The position numbers and the translations under genes were made by a program. From Eledone cirrhosa (Eukaryota): a DNA stretch of 64,000 bases. Under the pieces are notes generated by a model. That model ran no database searches, was not told the DNA's origin, and saw only the letters and a list, made by a program, of their open reading frames with translations. Shown here piece by piece: positions 28,902 through 43,179 of this stretch; the stretch's first letter is position 1, and the number at the start of each line of letters is the position of its first letter. The stretch is taken from contig OZ024740.1 of assembly GCA_964016885.1 (NCBI GenBank), positions 272,180,001-272,244,000 on the forward strand. Direction: 5' to 3'.

Positions 28902-29046
28902 ACTTAAAAACTTAAAACCACAACTGAATACTAACCCATACAATCACTAATACTCTTTTATTCCTAATTAAACCATTTTTCAACTGTGAACAATTTGTCA
29001 GCATTTTCTATTCCGTTTACCAATATATATATATATATATATATAT

Positions 29047-29350
29047 AAGGAGATAGAAATAACTCGAATGTGGGTGATGAAAACAGAAACAATCCCTATA
29101 ATAATTGTTTCTATTTTAGGCACAAGGCCAGCAATTACCCAGTACATTACTTAATAGGGAATAATAGGAAATGATAAAAACACACACGAAGTAAGATTCA
29201 TAACAAAACACCCAGGTCTTACATATATAGCAGACAAAAACTAGCATCACTAGGCACTGCACACATATTATGAAGAGTACTATCACTACAATAGAAATAA
29301 CATCAAAGACAATACTTCATATACCCGAGGCACATATTTGTGCTCTGTAA
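29047..29350 (+). pseudogene. C-terminal continuation of the R4/Dong-type LINE broken at 23156
   Basis: EIEITRMWVMKTETIPI...KLASLGTAHIL*RVL; SINE fragment at 29101-29151. Confidence 0.65.
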
Positions 29351-29767
29351 TGCAGTGATGATACACAATAAAAATATGATTAACATTGATAATAATAATA
29401 TTGAGTTTATGTTTAATAAAAAGTCTAGTTAAACCATTCAAAATCTATTTTCAGATCATACTACTATGTTCATATGCATAATACTACTTCAAATAAATTG
29501 CCTCTCTTCTATTTCTTCAAGCGCTGGTGTTGTTGTTGTTGTTGGTAGCAGTGATGGCGGCGATGGTGGTAGTATGGTGGTAGAGATGGTGATGGTTGTG
29601 GTGGTCACAGTTACTATGAAATACATAAGCTTTTGGATTCACTATATTAATACGTTCCTTCGTATTAAACATTGCACTAGCAATAAGCAATATAAGATAA
29701 TTTCATATCTTAACAAAAGTCTAATTTACTTTGCATTTCAATTGTCACGGTATGACATTTTTGTATA

Positions 29768-29912
<145 letters not shown>

Positions 29913-30789
29913 ACGTGTGCCTTTGTGGATGCGCGTGTATCTATGTATTCGTACGTGACTGAGTATGTATGGTTGTGTTGTTTGTATTTAACAATATGTT
30001 ATGTGCGTATGTGTGTTTGTCTATGTTTGTGTATGTGGTGCCAGTGTGTGTATCTTTGAGTGAAACTGTGTGTATTATTGTATGTGTATGTGTGTAACTG
30101 TGTGTATTAATGTGTGCGACTGTATATTATTGTGTGTGCCTGTATGTATCTTTGTGTGTGCCTGTGTCTAATTGTGCATAATATTGTGCGTGTCTGTGTG
30201 TAGCATTGTGTGTGTGTGTGTGTGTGTGTGTTTGTGTGTGTTATACTCCTTCATACATTTTAATTTTGTTTGGAAATTGCAAAAGAACTTTATAAGCAAT
30301 ATGCTAGGGTTGGCCAGTCAAAAAGGTCAGATTCGATATCTGGACCGAAGAATCTATGTATAAGACATCAAACTCTGACAATGAAATGTAATTTAACTGG
30401 CTTTAAAACTCCCAAGAAGCTCCGACTCCTGAGAAACAGAAATAAATGTACATTATTCTGATGAATGCTTTCCAAAACTGTATGAAGAAGATTTTTCAAA
30501 AGAAAGCTATACGTTTAACATATTCAGCAAATACCATCAGCCGTTGACGGAGAAGATACAATGTGTAGATTTATTGCATACTTTCGTAGAGTGCACCTTG
30601 TGACAGAGAGCAAAAGAAATTTTCTCAACTAGATTATATAAAGTACGTTAAAGAAACTTTCATTTTTGCCATGCAGAAATTGATCAGGTAAAAAGTACAT
30701 CAAGCAGAAGAATATTGTTGTGATTGGCATATAAACAAAAACTGAAAGCATCATTATGATCATCATCATCATCATTGTTATTAGTATTA

Positions 30790-31248
30790 AGTTCAAATCC
30801 CGCCGAGGTTAACTTTGCCTTTCATCCTTACGGGGTCGATAAAATAAAGTACCAGTAATGTACTGGGTAATTGCTGGCCTTGTGCCAAAGGTAGAAACAA
30901 TTGTTATTAATATTAAGAAAGCATTATTGGCAGTATCAGTAGAGGGTCGGACGCCATGCTTTCCAGCATAGTTACGTCCCTTTACGGTCTGAGTTCAAAT
31001 TCCGCCGAGGTTGACTTTGCCTTTCATCCTTACGGGGTAGATAAAATAAAGTACCAGTAATACACTGGGTAATTGCTGGCCTTGTGCCTAAAGTAGAGAC
31101 AATTATTATTATTATTATTATTATTATTTTGGCAACATGCTTTGCAGCATGGAGTTACGGCTCTTTACGTTCTGCGTTCAAATTCCGCCGATGTTAGCTT
31201 TGCCTTTCAACCTTACGGCGTCGATAAAATAAAGTACCAGTAATGCAC
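30790..31248 (+). mobile_element. Three tRNA-derived SINEs (30790-30902, 30927-31106, 31135-31248)
   Basis: B boxes and family core. Confidence 0.88.
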
Positions 31249-31252
31249 TCTA

Positions 31253-31352
<100 letters not shown>

Positions 31353-31470
31353 TAGATGTGTGTGTATCCCGGGTTCAATCTGGTGTAACCACAATAAATA
31401 AGGTACTCAATACATATCAGAGTATAAATATTTAATATAGAAATGGCTTCTACAGGACTAGAACTGTTTC

Positions 31471-31518
<48 letters not shown>

Positions 31519-31522
31519 GTAT

Positions 31523-32020
31523 ATATTGTTATACTTTGGGAGGGTTATGTTGCCAATAAGAAACACACGCACCAGTTGCTTTCACTCCAATTTATTATAA
31601 ATCAAATTGTAAATTAAAAAAAATTATAAATTTCCGGTTGGTTGGTTGGTTCCACAACCGGACGGTTGTTCATATATTGTCAAAGTTCTTTCGTCACACA
31701 TTCTGGGACCTCATCAGTGACCGGGGATTCTTTTCTTTGTTTTGTGCCTCTCCTTTGTTCTGTCCTACGCCATCAAGATGAGGTCACAGAATGTGTGACG
31801 AAAGAACTTTGACAATATATGAACAACCGTCCGGTTGTGGAACCAACCAACCAACCGGAAATTTATAAATTTTTTAAATTTATAATTTAATTTATAATAA
31901 ATTGGAGTGAAAGCAACTGGTGCGTGTGTTTTTTATTGGCAACATGACCCTCCCAAAGTATAACAATATCGGTTTCAACACACGTTTTCAGATAAAGAAT
32001 CTTGCTAAACAAATTCAGAA
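31523..32020. mobile_element. Fold-back related to family A; HHR at 31679-31721 (-)
   Basis: Arms 31523-31715 / 31777-31969. GUCA-CUGAUGA-G-GUCCCA-GAAUG-UGUGAC-GAAA-GAAC-UU-UGAC; the other arm has perfect GUCACA/UGUGAC but lacks the CU. Confidence 0.85.
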
Positions 32021-32022
32021 AC

Positions 32023-32068
<46 letters not shown>

Positions 32069-32082
32069 TTATAGTAGAGAGT

Positions 32083-32182
32083 CACGGCCCAATAGCTGAG
32101 CTGTTGCCGTTTCGACAGCAAATTCCTTCCCGACTGGAGATTTGTCTCTCTGCTGTGAATAAGCCGTCTAATCAGGGGCGTG
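32083..32182 (-). ncRNA. Complete but decayed HHR of an F1-related family
   Basis: CACGCCC-CUGAUUA-GACGGCUUAUUC...GAAUUUGCUGUC-GAAA-CGGC..GCUA-UU-GGGCCGUG. Confidence 0.65.
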
Positions 32183-32332
32183 GTCTAAGGTGATTGACAT
32201 GTGGAGTAAGTGGATAAGCGGTCAAGAAAAGGAGTTAAGTTTGATTGAAGCTTCGGAGAATATGTAGAAAACAATGTGTTATAGAAAGCTAAAGTAATGC
32301 ACTACGAACATTGACTACGAACATTGACTATT

Positions 32333-32758
32333 AATAATTGTTTCTTCTTTAGACACAATGCCAGCAATTTGAAGAGGAGGGGGAAAGTCGATTAAATCGA
32401 CTCCAGTGTATTACTGGTGCTTTATTTTATCGACCCCCGTAAGGATGGAAGGCAAAGCTATCCTCGGTGGGATTTGAACTCAGAACGTAAAGGGCCATAA
32501 CTCTATGCTACAAAGCACGTTGTCCGACGTTCTACCGATACTACGAATCCGCTGCCCTCACATTGACTATTAATAATTGTTTCTACTTTTGGCACAAGGC
32601 CAGCAATTACCCAGTACATTACTGGTACTTTATTTTATCGACCCCGTAAGGATGAACGGCAAAGATAACCTCGGCGGGATTTGAACTCAGACCATAAAGG
32701 GCCGTAACTCTTTGCTGCAAAGCATGGCGTCCGACCCTCTACCGATACTGCCAATCCA
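32333..32758 (-). mobile_element. Two tRNA-derived SINEs (32333-32555, 32572-32758)
   Basis: A/B boxes; direct repeat acattgactattaataatt around the first copy. Confidence 0.88.
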
Positions 32759-33008
32759 CTTGATAACTATATCATATACTCCTTATATTGAAATATTCGG
32801 TTAGTCATCTTTAATTAGTCATGTAAAGGGATATTTTACTCTATATTAGTACTGTATTAATTCAGTATTTCTAAGGCTATATTACAATGTCCTTGTTTTT
32901 GCTATTGATATTTAATGTTTGAATTGCATTGTTACAGCCAGTAAGAAAGCATTATAAAAAAATAAAGAAAGCATTGTTACAGCCAGTATCTATAACACGT
33001 TGTGTTGG

Positions 33009-33226
33009 TAAGAGTGTTGGCTGAAGAGTTGATAGACTGAAAAGTCCTTAAGTTGACCAAGATACTCCCATGGAATGACCAAATGAGGTTTATTTTTTAA
33101 CATAGACTCTGGCAATAAAAAATGCAGTTATTAATGAGAAGAGTTGAAATTAATGCATGCAAGATTTCACAGCACTAGCATCACTCCTTCATAGTCCGTC
33201 TATGAAATTTACAGCCCATCCTCGTA
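33009..33226. mobile_element. Tc1/mariner-type MITE
   Basis: Homologous to 40237-40430; ends acagcccatcctcgta. Confidence 0.65.
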
Positions 33227-33429
33227 TATCTCAAAATTTTACTGATTTTGAAGCCAGTTACGGTATATCAATATTCCTTACTCGACCCATTTCTAGTTAT
33301 TCTGTTATGTACTAAGTTAAAATAAAAAATGGTGCTATATGAAAAATTGATATTAGTTACTTCATAAAGGGAATAATATAAAATATATTTTTATATTATT
33401 CCCTTTAAATATATTTTTATACCAGAAAC

Positions 33430-34035
33430 AATATATTTCATATCTTGGTGGCTATAAATAGTTAGTTGTACAAATACTATAGAAATACTGACCACATATA
33501 CTCGTATAGAGAAATATATTCCCACAGTTATAAGTATACAACAATACACTTCTTTCAGATATTTTTGACTAAAATAAACAGTAGTGCAAAATATATTGAA
33601 ATTCTGACGACATATATAGCTAAATTCAGTCACACACATAAGTACATATACAGCCCAATTTATTTCAGATAGCATTGCTACTAAAATTAGAAACGCAAAA
33701 TATATTTATTGATGTACTGACCACAATATATAGATAAATAAAATCATACATCTATATGTACATAGCAACCCAATTTCGTTCAGATATTGGTGGTTCTAAA
33801 ATTACTGGTACAAAATATATTGGAATATTAACCCCAACCTAACTTTAAGCCATTTGCTTTCCAATATTGGTGGCTCTAAAATTAATAGTATAACATATGT
33901 TGCAATATAAATTACTAGTACACGATGAGAGATACATCTACATACATAGGTATATAACAACACGTTTTCATTCAAATATTGGTGGCTATGATAATAGTTA
34001 GTAATGGGACATATTTTGAAATACAGATCATATGT
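33430..34035. repeat. Degenerate ~80-115 bp tandem repeat, about 6 units
   Basis: Recurring ttcagatattggtggctctaaaatta...aaatatattg...tgacca. Confidence 0.65.
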
Positions 34036-34054
34036 TTATAAAAAAACATTATTC

Positions 34055-34139
<85 letters not shown>

Positions 34140-34276
34140 GAGAAAAAAGAAGAATACTGCGTGGTTGCACATGGGTTACATATGATAAAAATAGTCCTTC
34201 GTTAGTGATTTGCCAACCATCATTGATATTTCATCGCATTAAAAATCATATACCTCAGGTTGGTGCGAGCAATAAC

Positions 34277-34367
<91 letters not shown>

Positions 34368-34715
34368 GAAAAGTATAGAAATATTTGCAGCAAGAAGCCA
34401 ACAGTATTCCATAATATATAAGTGACAAAAGCGTCAAAATGGGAAAATAGTTAACGTAAGATGTGGGAAAAATAATTCAAACTCAATTCAAAAAGAATCA
34501 GGATATAAATTCATCCAACAGAATTTAGTGAAATCCAGGGAAAAATCAATAGAGACTTAACTCATGATAAAATAAAGTTTAAAATACTCATCCTTCAATT
34601 TGGAACAACTACAAATGCTCTGTATAGTCTTGAAAAGGCTATTTCACGAAAACTTTCAGTGGGGATGGTCACAGTTGGAATTCGATCCTCATATATATAT
34701 ATATATAAAGAATGA

Positions 34716-34905
34716 ATAATTGTTTCTACTTTTGGCACAAGGTCAGCAATTAACCAGTACATTACTGGTACTTTATTTTATCGACCCCATAAGGATGAAA
34801 GGCAAAGTTAACCTCGACGGGATTTGAACTCAGACCATAAAGGGACGTAATTATGCTAGAAAGCATGACGTCCAACCCTCTATCGATACTGCCAATTCAC
34901 CGCCC
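34716..34905 (-). mobile_element. tRNA-derived SINE with TSD agaatgaataat
   Basis: Direct repeat at ~34708 and ~34913. Confidence 0.88.
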
Positions 34906-34912
34906 TATATAT

Positions 34913-34988
34913 AGAATGAATAATAACAGGTAGACATCATAAAAAGGTAATTACCTTTTTATGATGTCTACCTGTTATTATTCATTCT
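34913..34988. repeat. Perfect 38-bp-arm palindrome, no spacer
   Basis: agaatgaataataacaggtagacatcataaaaaggtaa|ttacc... Confidence 0.9.
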
Positions 34989-35265
34989 TTATCTACACTC
35001 CGGAATACAGAAGGATCAGGAACTGAGTTTCTTCAACTATTCTTCCATAACTCGTTGAGTAACCCCTCACCGTACGTCAACCCTATCCAGTGTAGTAAGT
35101 AACCATTACTGCATTCAGGATAATCCTAAGCATTTCTTGCATAACCTAATATATATATATATATATATATGTATGTATCTAAAAGGTAAACAGAAATAAC
35201 AACACAATCGGTACAGTATATGGAAGGAATATATTAGGTTAATGCTTGAAATACCATGAAGTGGG

Positions 35266-35305
35266 TCTTAACGTTTCGGTCGGACGTTAGTCCTTCATCA
35301 GAAGA
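35266..35305 (-). ncRNA. Minimal HHR with a 4-nt duplication before GAAA
   Basis: UCUU-CUGAUGA-A-GGAC-UAAC-GUCC-(GACC)-GAAA-CG-UU-AAGA. Confidence 0.65.
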
Positions 35306-35365
35306 AAGAATGAAAAATTAAATAAATTGAAGGACGGGCGGGGTGGAATTGGAAAAAAGATTTAA

Positions 35366-35413
<48 letters not shown>

Positions 35414-35522
35414 GTGAGGTTTTTTTCATATTACAAAATGAAAAATAAACGGGGTGTCCTACACGAGTGAAAGTATAAGGAAAAAAAATGAAATCGAAAA
35501 TGCTGGAGTCTTTTTAAAAAAA

Positions 35523-35586
35523 AAACGCGTCCTTCGCTGTTTGTTGTTTTGAATATTCAAAACAACAAACAGCGGAGGACGCGTTT
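35523..35586. repeat. 32-bp-arm palindrome
   Basis: aaacgcgtccttcgctgtttgttgttttgaat|attc...; one mismatch. Confidence 0.85.
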
Positions 35587-35879
35587 CGCACCTTTCCGAC
35601 AGACAACCTTTCCCCCACCCCGGAAAAAACCCCCAGTTGATGGATGTGAATCCGAAATATATAGGGACAATTAAATCTCTCCCAAGGTAACTCTCTCTCG
35701 TGTTGTTATTTTTATTTTATCCTTTATACTCTTTCCTTCATTCCTCTACACGTCTTATACACGCCACGCATCTCAACGTACACCCACTTACATATCTCTC
35801 TCTCCATCACCGGATCTTGTTACCCGGAGATTTACCCATTTGCATTGTCGAGGCTTCCAAACGACTTAAAGATATTTAC

Positions 35880-35924
<45 letters not shown>

Positions 35925-36164
35925 TAATTAGGATTTTATTTCTCGCCCAGCACAGCTGATACATAAATGTAAGTATATATACGTACACTGACACACACAC
36001 ATATATATATACACATACACATATATATATATACATATGTACGTAGGAGTTAGATCAAACATTAAAAATAATATTTGATTCATTTGTAAACAAACGGCCC
36101 GAGTAAAGCTGTGCCGTGCCGATGACCGATCGTCATCCGTTTAGTTAACACTGCCATTGAGGAA

Positions 36165-36205
36165 CAATCAACTTGTTTATGGGTCATTGCCCTTCATCAG
36201 GACTG
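36165..36205 (-). ncRNA. Decayed HHR (G12 to U)
   Basis: CAGUC-CUGAUGA-A-GGG-CAAUGA-CCC-A-UAAA-CAAG-UU-GAUUG. Confidence 0.5.
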
Positions 36206-36383
36206 TATACCTCTCTGCCAATAAGTTGAACGGTTGAAAATATATAGTATTTTCTTAAGTATACATCGGCTGAGTAGTCTCATTTGCATACCGAGCGAGT
36301 TACGGCTGACCGTGCCGAAAATTAAATATAAAATTATAATTTTGTTTCTCGCCCTAGCACAGCTGATACATAAATCTAAGTAT

Positions 36384-36469
<86 letters not shown>

Positions 36470-36591
36470 TTATATACATATAAGGAAAAGAAATATAAAA
36501 TGCAACTCGAGTCTTTTTCTCGTGTAGGACATCTAACTTTTTTTCATTTAAAAAAACCTCATTTTCTTGTAATCTGAGCTTTTCGAATATT

Positions 36592-36817
36592 AATAATTGT
36601 TTCTACTTTTGGCACAAGGCCAGCAATTATCCCAGTGCATTACTGGTACTTTATTTTATCGACCCCGTAAGGATGAAAGGCAAAGTTAACCTCGGCGGGA
36701 TTTGAACTCAGAACCCCGCCGAGGTTAAATTTGTCTTTCATCCTTACGGGGTCGATAAAATAAAGTACCAGTAATGCACTGGGTTATTGCTGGCCTTGTG
36801 CCTAAAGTAGAAACAAT
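36592..36817. mobile_element. Two 5'-truncated SINEs fused head-to-head (fold-back)
   Basis: Minus copy 36592-36713 and plus copy 36715-36817. Confidence 0.85.
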
Positions 36818-36910
36818 ATATATGCTCAATTTTATAGCCATGTCAAGAGTATTTTTGAAAATAGCATATATTTTCACTAGCTCTGACAGTTTGGCAGGTG
36901 AACAGTGAGG

Positions 36911-36952
36911 TGTACTGATGAAGGGTGATACCCAGAAACATTAGTGTCTGCA
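36911..36952 (+). ncRNA. Type-I HHR (family F8, element ~36830-37042)
   Basis: UGUA-CUGAUGA-A-GGGU-GAU-ACCC-A-GAAA-CAUUAGUG-UC-UGCA. Confidence 0.75.
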
Positions 36953-37037
36953 GTTCTGTTAAAATAAAATTGAGGCTTATTTGCAAAATTACAAACGAAT
37001 CGAATGTTATTATTAATATTCGAAAAACTCAGATGAC

Positions 37038-37543
<506 letters not shown>

Positions 37544-37553
37544 GTGTGTGTGC

Positions 37554-37607
<54 letters not shown>

Positions 37608-37617
37608 GTGTGTGTGC

Positions 37618-37673
<56 letters not shown>

Positions 37674-37939
37674 ACGTATGCATACTTACATTTATGTATC
37701 AGCCATAACTCCCTCGCTCAGCAAATGAGGCTACTCAGCCGATCCCCATAAATACTGATCACATAGAGCATCTAACTACTTTTCTGATACCAGCTTTGAA
37801 AGTGGCTCCAAGCTCGGATATTACCTTTAAATTGTAATTTTCTTTGCTTTGTCCTTGTTTAACACCTTGTTTCAAACGTTTCTTCTCATTATCTAACGGA
37901 ATTATTATTATTTCGTGTCAAATCTCTGCTTTATTGCTC

Positions 37940-38388
37940 GGTGAATTAGCAGTATCGGTAGAGGGTCGGGCTCCATGCTTTGCAGCATACAGTTACGGCC
38001 CTTTATGATCTGAGTTCAAATCCTGCCGAGGTTAACTTTGCTTTTCATCCTTACGGGGTCGATAAAATAAAGTACCAGTCACGCATTGGGGTCGATTTAA
38101 TCGACTTCTCCCTCCTCCAAAATTGCTGGCCTTGTGCCTGTATAAGAAACCATTATTGCTCAAATTATAAAGGTGGCGGATTGGCAGAGTCATTACAGCG
38201 TCGGAAATATGTTTAATAGCATTTGGCTGGCTCTTTACGTTCTGAGTTCAAATCCCACCGAAGTTAGCTTTGCCTTTCATCCTTACGAGGTCGATAAAAT
38301 AAGGCACCAGTAACGAACTGATGTCAATTTAATCGACTTTTTCCTCGTCCGAAATTGTTGCCCTTGTGCCTAAATCAGAAACTATTAT
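37940..38388 (+). mobile_element. Two tRNA-derived SINEs, long variant
   Basis: A/B boxes at ~37945-38022 and ~38180-38255. Confidence 0.85.
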
Positions 38389-39908
38389 TTATCAAGTCAT
38401 TCAAACAACATGGGTTCGGGAATCTGTGATTGTTATATGAGAGACTAGAAAACATGTTGAATGACTGAAAATAGTATTACTACAATCTGTAGAAAACTTC
38501 TGACAGAAGACCTGATGAAAAATTTCATGTAAGGAAATGAGAGAGAATGCGAGAGAGAGCACACACCGAAAGAAGTCTTACTTGTAAACTAACACAATAT
38601 ATTAGTTACGTATTTTAAATTTATGTGTCCTGATTAAATGCAAATTCAACCTTATAGTTGAACATGAATTGATAGAGTCTTTAGTGCACAGGACAGAATA
38701 CCTTGCGATATTTTTTCCGGATCTCTGCGCTGTGAGTTGATTTCCTGCCAAGGTCTACCTTGCTTCCCATTTCTTCTAGTGCGATACAATATAGTATTAG
38801 TACAGAGTGTTGGATTGGCAGAATAGTTAAAAAGTAGGACAAAGATCCTCGGTGGCATTTGTTCCATCTATTTACGTTCTGAGTTCTTGGGTGGTAGTCT
38901 TAACATGTCGACCAGTTTAACACCACTACCTCGTCCCTGGGTAACTTTAATGTTGGTTACCATTGCAAACACTAGGGCCAATATTCCAGTTTAAAGATAA
39001 ATTCTTCCCTTCCTTCCATTGCTTTCAGAATCCCGAAACAACCAAGAGTAAAGGGCGCTGCTCTTCTTTCAACAAGAGATAATATAAAACACAGAACCCA
39101 TAGGACAGAAACTTAATATTCTAATGCTTTGGTGGTTTAGAGTCTCAACCGTTCCCATAAGATGTAAGCATTGATAATGTTGCCACATTTATTTCCAGAG
39201 CCTATCAGTCTACCTAATACACAAGTCATACACGCACGCACTTGTATATTAGGTGGGTATATTTATAGTATAATATTGTATTGTGTTATGTGTATGTTTG
39301 GGCATATGGTTATTTGTAATGTGTTATGTATGTGCTTGTATATACGGCTATGTAAGTGTGTAAGTGTGTGTGCGCGTGTTTAAGAAAGGAAGAATTATTT
39401 GGCAATGGATCCCGAAATCATCGGATATTAATGAGCAATTAGTTGCCAAACGAGATCAGAAGTTAGATTTTAATTTCTGTTATTTGTCGATATCAACTTT
39501 ACGGAGACGATGAACATTCCTATCCCAAATCAATGACCATATTTATTGCAGTATATTACTCTAAATCACCCAGAATGCCAACAAAACAAACGCATCTTTA
39601 TCAGAGCCAACTAGGGAGCCGTAACATGATCGTTTAACCTACAATCTTTAGCAGCCAAATCTGCCTCAAATCACAACCGACTGTCTTAAAATTAAGAAAA
39701 ACAAAAACCGAAAAAAAAAAAAAAAATGAAGAGGACATATTAGACAAATTCGTCAAAATAAATAGGGCGGACAAATGCAGAGTATTTTTGCTTAGAGGTC
39801 TGTTCGACGAGGTCTGACAACAACTACTACCATAGCAGCAAACGGCAGCGGCAACAATAACAACGGCTACAACATTATCAACAACATTAACAGCACCTTT
39901 GATTCATT

Positions 39909-39954
<46 letters not shown>

Positions 39955-40236
39955 TATATATATATATATGAAAATCTAAGGTAAATTTAATGCATTTTGA
40001 TGAAGAATAGTGGAAAGTGACTACACGTTACTCTTTTCTGTGCAAACGCTTATTAAAAACACAAAAACACAAAGAAAACTGTAGTTATATCTACACTAAA
40101 TTTATCTTAAGTCTTTTAATATAGATTGTGTTCTAACATAAATATTGATTCCCTGATTAATTACGTCACTAAAAGTTTGCATATTATGCAAATTAGACAG
40201 ACTATTTCAGCTATATTCTCTGCACTCTGCTCAAAA

Positions 40237-40430
40237 TACGGGGTGTCGGCTGAAAAGTTCATAGATCGACCAAGATACTCTCATGGAATGACCAAATGAG
40301 GTTTATTTTTCAACATAGTCCCTGGAAAGAAACAATGCCGTTATTAATAAGAAGGATTGAAATTAATGCATGCAAGATATCACAGCTCTAGCATCATTCC
40401 TTCATATGAAATTTACAGCCCACCCTCGCA
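40237..40430. mobile_element. Tc1/mariner-type MITE
   Basis: Imperfect TIRs tacggggtgtcggctgaaaagttcata / tatgaaatttacagcccaccctcg. Confidence 0.7.
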
Positions 40431-41357
40431 TTTCGAGCAGAATGCGTTGTTATAATAAGCTTCTTATTAGGAGTTGTTATCGGCTGATGAGGAACCAATA
40501 ATCTCTAAAATGCATGAAGGTAATCTTTTATGTTTTACACCTCATTTTTCACAGCAAAAGCTTCTAATTCAAAAGATGTAGTTATTTCTATATTAAATAT
40601 ATATTATCACTTTGATAACTTTGATAGGTTTCGGTCAATATTGGCTCAGACCATGTCTAACTTAGAACTCACCAAAACCACCTCACCAAAAAAAAACAAA
40701 AAAAACAAAAACACACAGCAACCCTAACCCCAAACTATACCAATTGATCCCATTGTTCCTTGAATTGATCATTATTTTCTCCCTTTATTGCGGAGAGTGC
40801 TGAAGGAGTCTCTTTTTCAATAAATACAAATGTGTGCATTTATTCGTATGTTAAGGCACGTGGATGTGGGAATTTATACATGCTTGTATAGTTGTCTGTA
40901 TGCATGTATTTATATGTGGACACCCACAGGTGGTGCCAAGAGGAGTTATTTACCCAACATGCGTGCTCCTTTATGTATAGAAAAAGAGAGAATTTTACTT
41001 CCCTGTCCAGTTTCATCTGGAGGTTTCGCGACCAATGGAGCACATTGGACCACGCTCTGGGATTTGCAACTGTTCATCTCTACCTCTGCGAGAACTTGCG
41101 TATACTGTAGCAACTTATGATATCAATCAACAGTTTTGTCCCCCCCCCCTCGGAGAAGCGCTATGTTAGCCTATTTCACACCACTAGCTCCTGATGCATG
41201 TGTGTGGCAGACAGCCACTTCATTCGAATCTGCATGTACACCATAAAAACATCAACATCTTGCCGATACCAGCTTTAAACTCACCAAGGAGACACCGACA
41301 CAAATATCACAGGCATCAACTGAATATTCAGCCTGACAGCGACATCAGACACTCAGA

Positions 41358-41398
<41 letters not shown>

Positions 41399-41451
41399 TA
41401 TGTAACAGCCGTACTAAGAGTGGGAAATGAAACTTCGTTTCATTTTTTTCC

Positions 41452-41515
<64 letters not shown>

Positions 41516-41530
41516 ACCTATATATATATA

Positions 41531-41940
41531 TAAAAGGAATTCCAACTTTGTCTGATTTACTCGTTTTATTTACAATCCTTTAAAATTTATAATGGTATTA
41601 GAATGAAATAGTATGGTAGAATATTAAATGTTAAGTGTTAATTGAACAAGTACTTTCATGCTTTCGCAATCTTCAGGTTCAAATTGTGTGACAGTCAAGT
41701 TTGCAATTTTCAACAGTTGAAAATTGCAAACTTGACTGTCACCACATATTATGAACCTGAAGATTGCGAAAGCATGAAAGTACTTGTTCAATTAACACTT
41801 AACATTTAATATTCTACCATACTATTTCATTCTAATACCATTATAAATTTTAAAGGATTGTAAATAAAACGGGTAAATCAGACAAAGTTGGAATTCCTTT
41901 TATTAATATAATCTTCTATACACAATCATACATACCCGTG
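41531..41940 (+). mobile_element. Family F2 fold-back, ~185-bp arms, 1-nt spacer at 41715; HHRs at 41643-41681 (-) and 41752-41790 (+)
   Basis: UGAAC-CUGAAGA-U-UGC-GAAA-GCA-U-GAAA-GUAC-UU-GUUCA, with palindromic helix III AGUACU. Confidence 0.9.
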
Positions 41941-41941
41941 T

Positions 41942-42019
<78 letters not shown>

Positions 42020-42078
42020 GCATTTATATATATATATGCATTTATATATGTATATATATATGTGTGTATATAAATATA

Positions 42079-42135
<57 letters not shown>

Positions 42136-42469
42136 TATGTATATATGTGTATATATATATGTATATATATATGTGTATATATATATATATATGTATATAT
42201 ATATGTATATATGTGTTTATATATATATATGTATATGCATGTATATATGTATATAAATGTGTGTATATATATATGTATATATATATATAAATAAATATAT
42301 ATATATATATATTTATATATGTATATATATATATATTTATATTTATATTTATATATGTATATATATATTTATATATATGTATATATGTATATATATATAT
42401 ATTTATATATGTATATATACATATATATTTATATATGTATATACACATATATTCATATATATATGTATA

Positions 42470-42554
<85 letters not shown>

Positions 42555-42687
42555 GTGAGGTTTTTTTTTTACAAAATGAAAAATAACCGAGGTGTCCTAC
42601 ACGAGTGGAAGTATAAAGAAAAAGGGATGAAATCGAAAATGCAACTGAAGTCTTATTTTTTTAAAAAATATATATATTTATTTGGTT

Positions 42688-42725
42688 CCTTTACCGGTTT
42701 CGCAGTTCTTCTGCTTTTCAAAAGG
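42688..42725 (-). ncRNA. Minimal HHR, U3-A8 variant (family F3)
   Basis: CCUU-UUGAAAA-GCAG-AAGAA-CUGC-GAAA-CCGG-UA-AAGG. Confidence 0.8.
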
Positions 42726-42875
42726 TGAGTTGAGATGGAGGGTCTGTGGTTTTTCTCACGTTAATATATATATATATTATTAATTTATTTATATGTGTTC
42801 CAGGCGAGGGGCTGAGGCCATGCTGGGGCACCGCCACCAATGCTACTCTTTCTATAGCCAGCCTTTTCTGGTTGC

Positions 42876-42958
<83 letters not shown>

Positions 42959-42962
<4 letters not shown>

Positions 42963-43131
42963 AAAATGTTTGACCCTGACGGGAGAGCTCAAGCCGTTTC
43001 GACGGCTATTTCGAAACGGCTTGAGCTCTGCCCTCAGGGTCAAACATTTTCTTATTACCCACTCTACTACCGTAAGTATTGAGTACTCTGGTGCGTTATG
43101 GTCCATCTGGTTCCTTACCACACCTCCTTCG

Positions 43132-43134
<3 letters not shown>
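42959..43134 (+). mobile_element. Family F1 fold-back
   Basis: Same arm and tail layout as 23265-23467. Confidence 0.85.

Positions 43135-43171
<37 letters not shown>

Positions 43172-43179
<8 letters not shown>

Larger units (their letters stand above)
25374..29029 (+). mobile_element. Neptune-type PLE with inverted terminal repeat (~25408-25894 / ~28543-29029)
   Basis: Near-identical inverted arms, each with an internal duplication, enclosing the RT/GIY-YIG ORF; (TA)n on both sides; extra tail 25374-25407. Confidence 0.92.
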
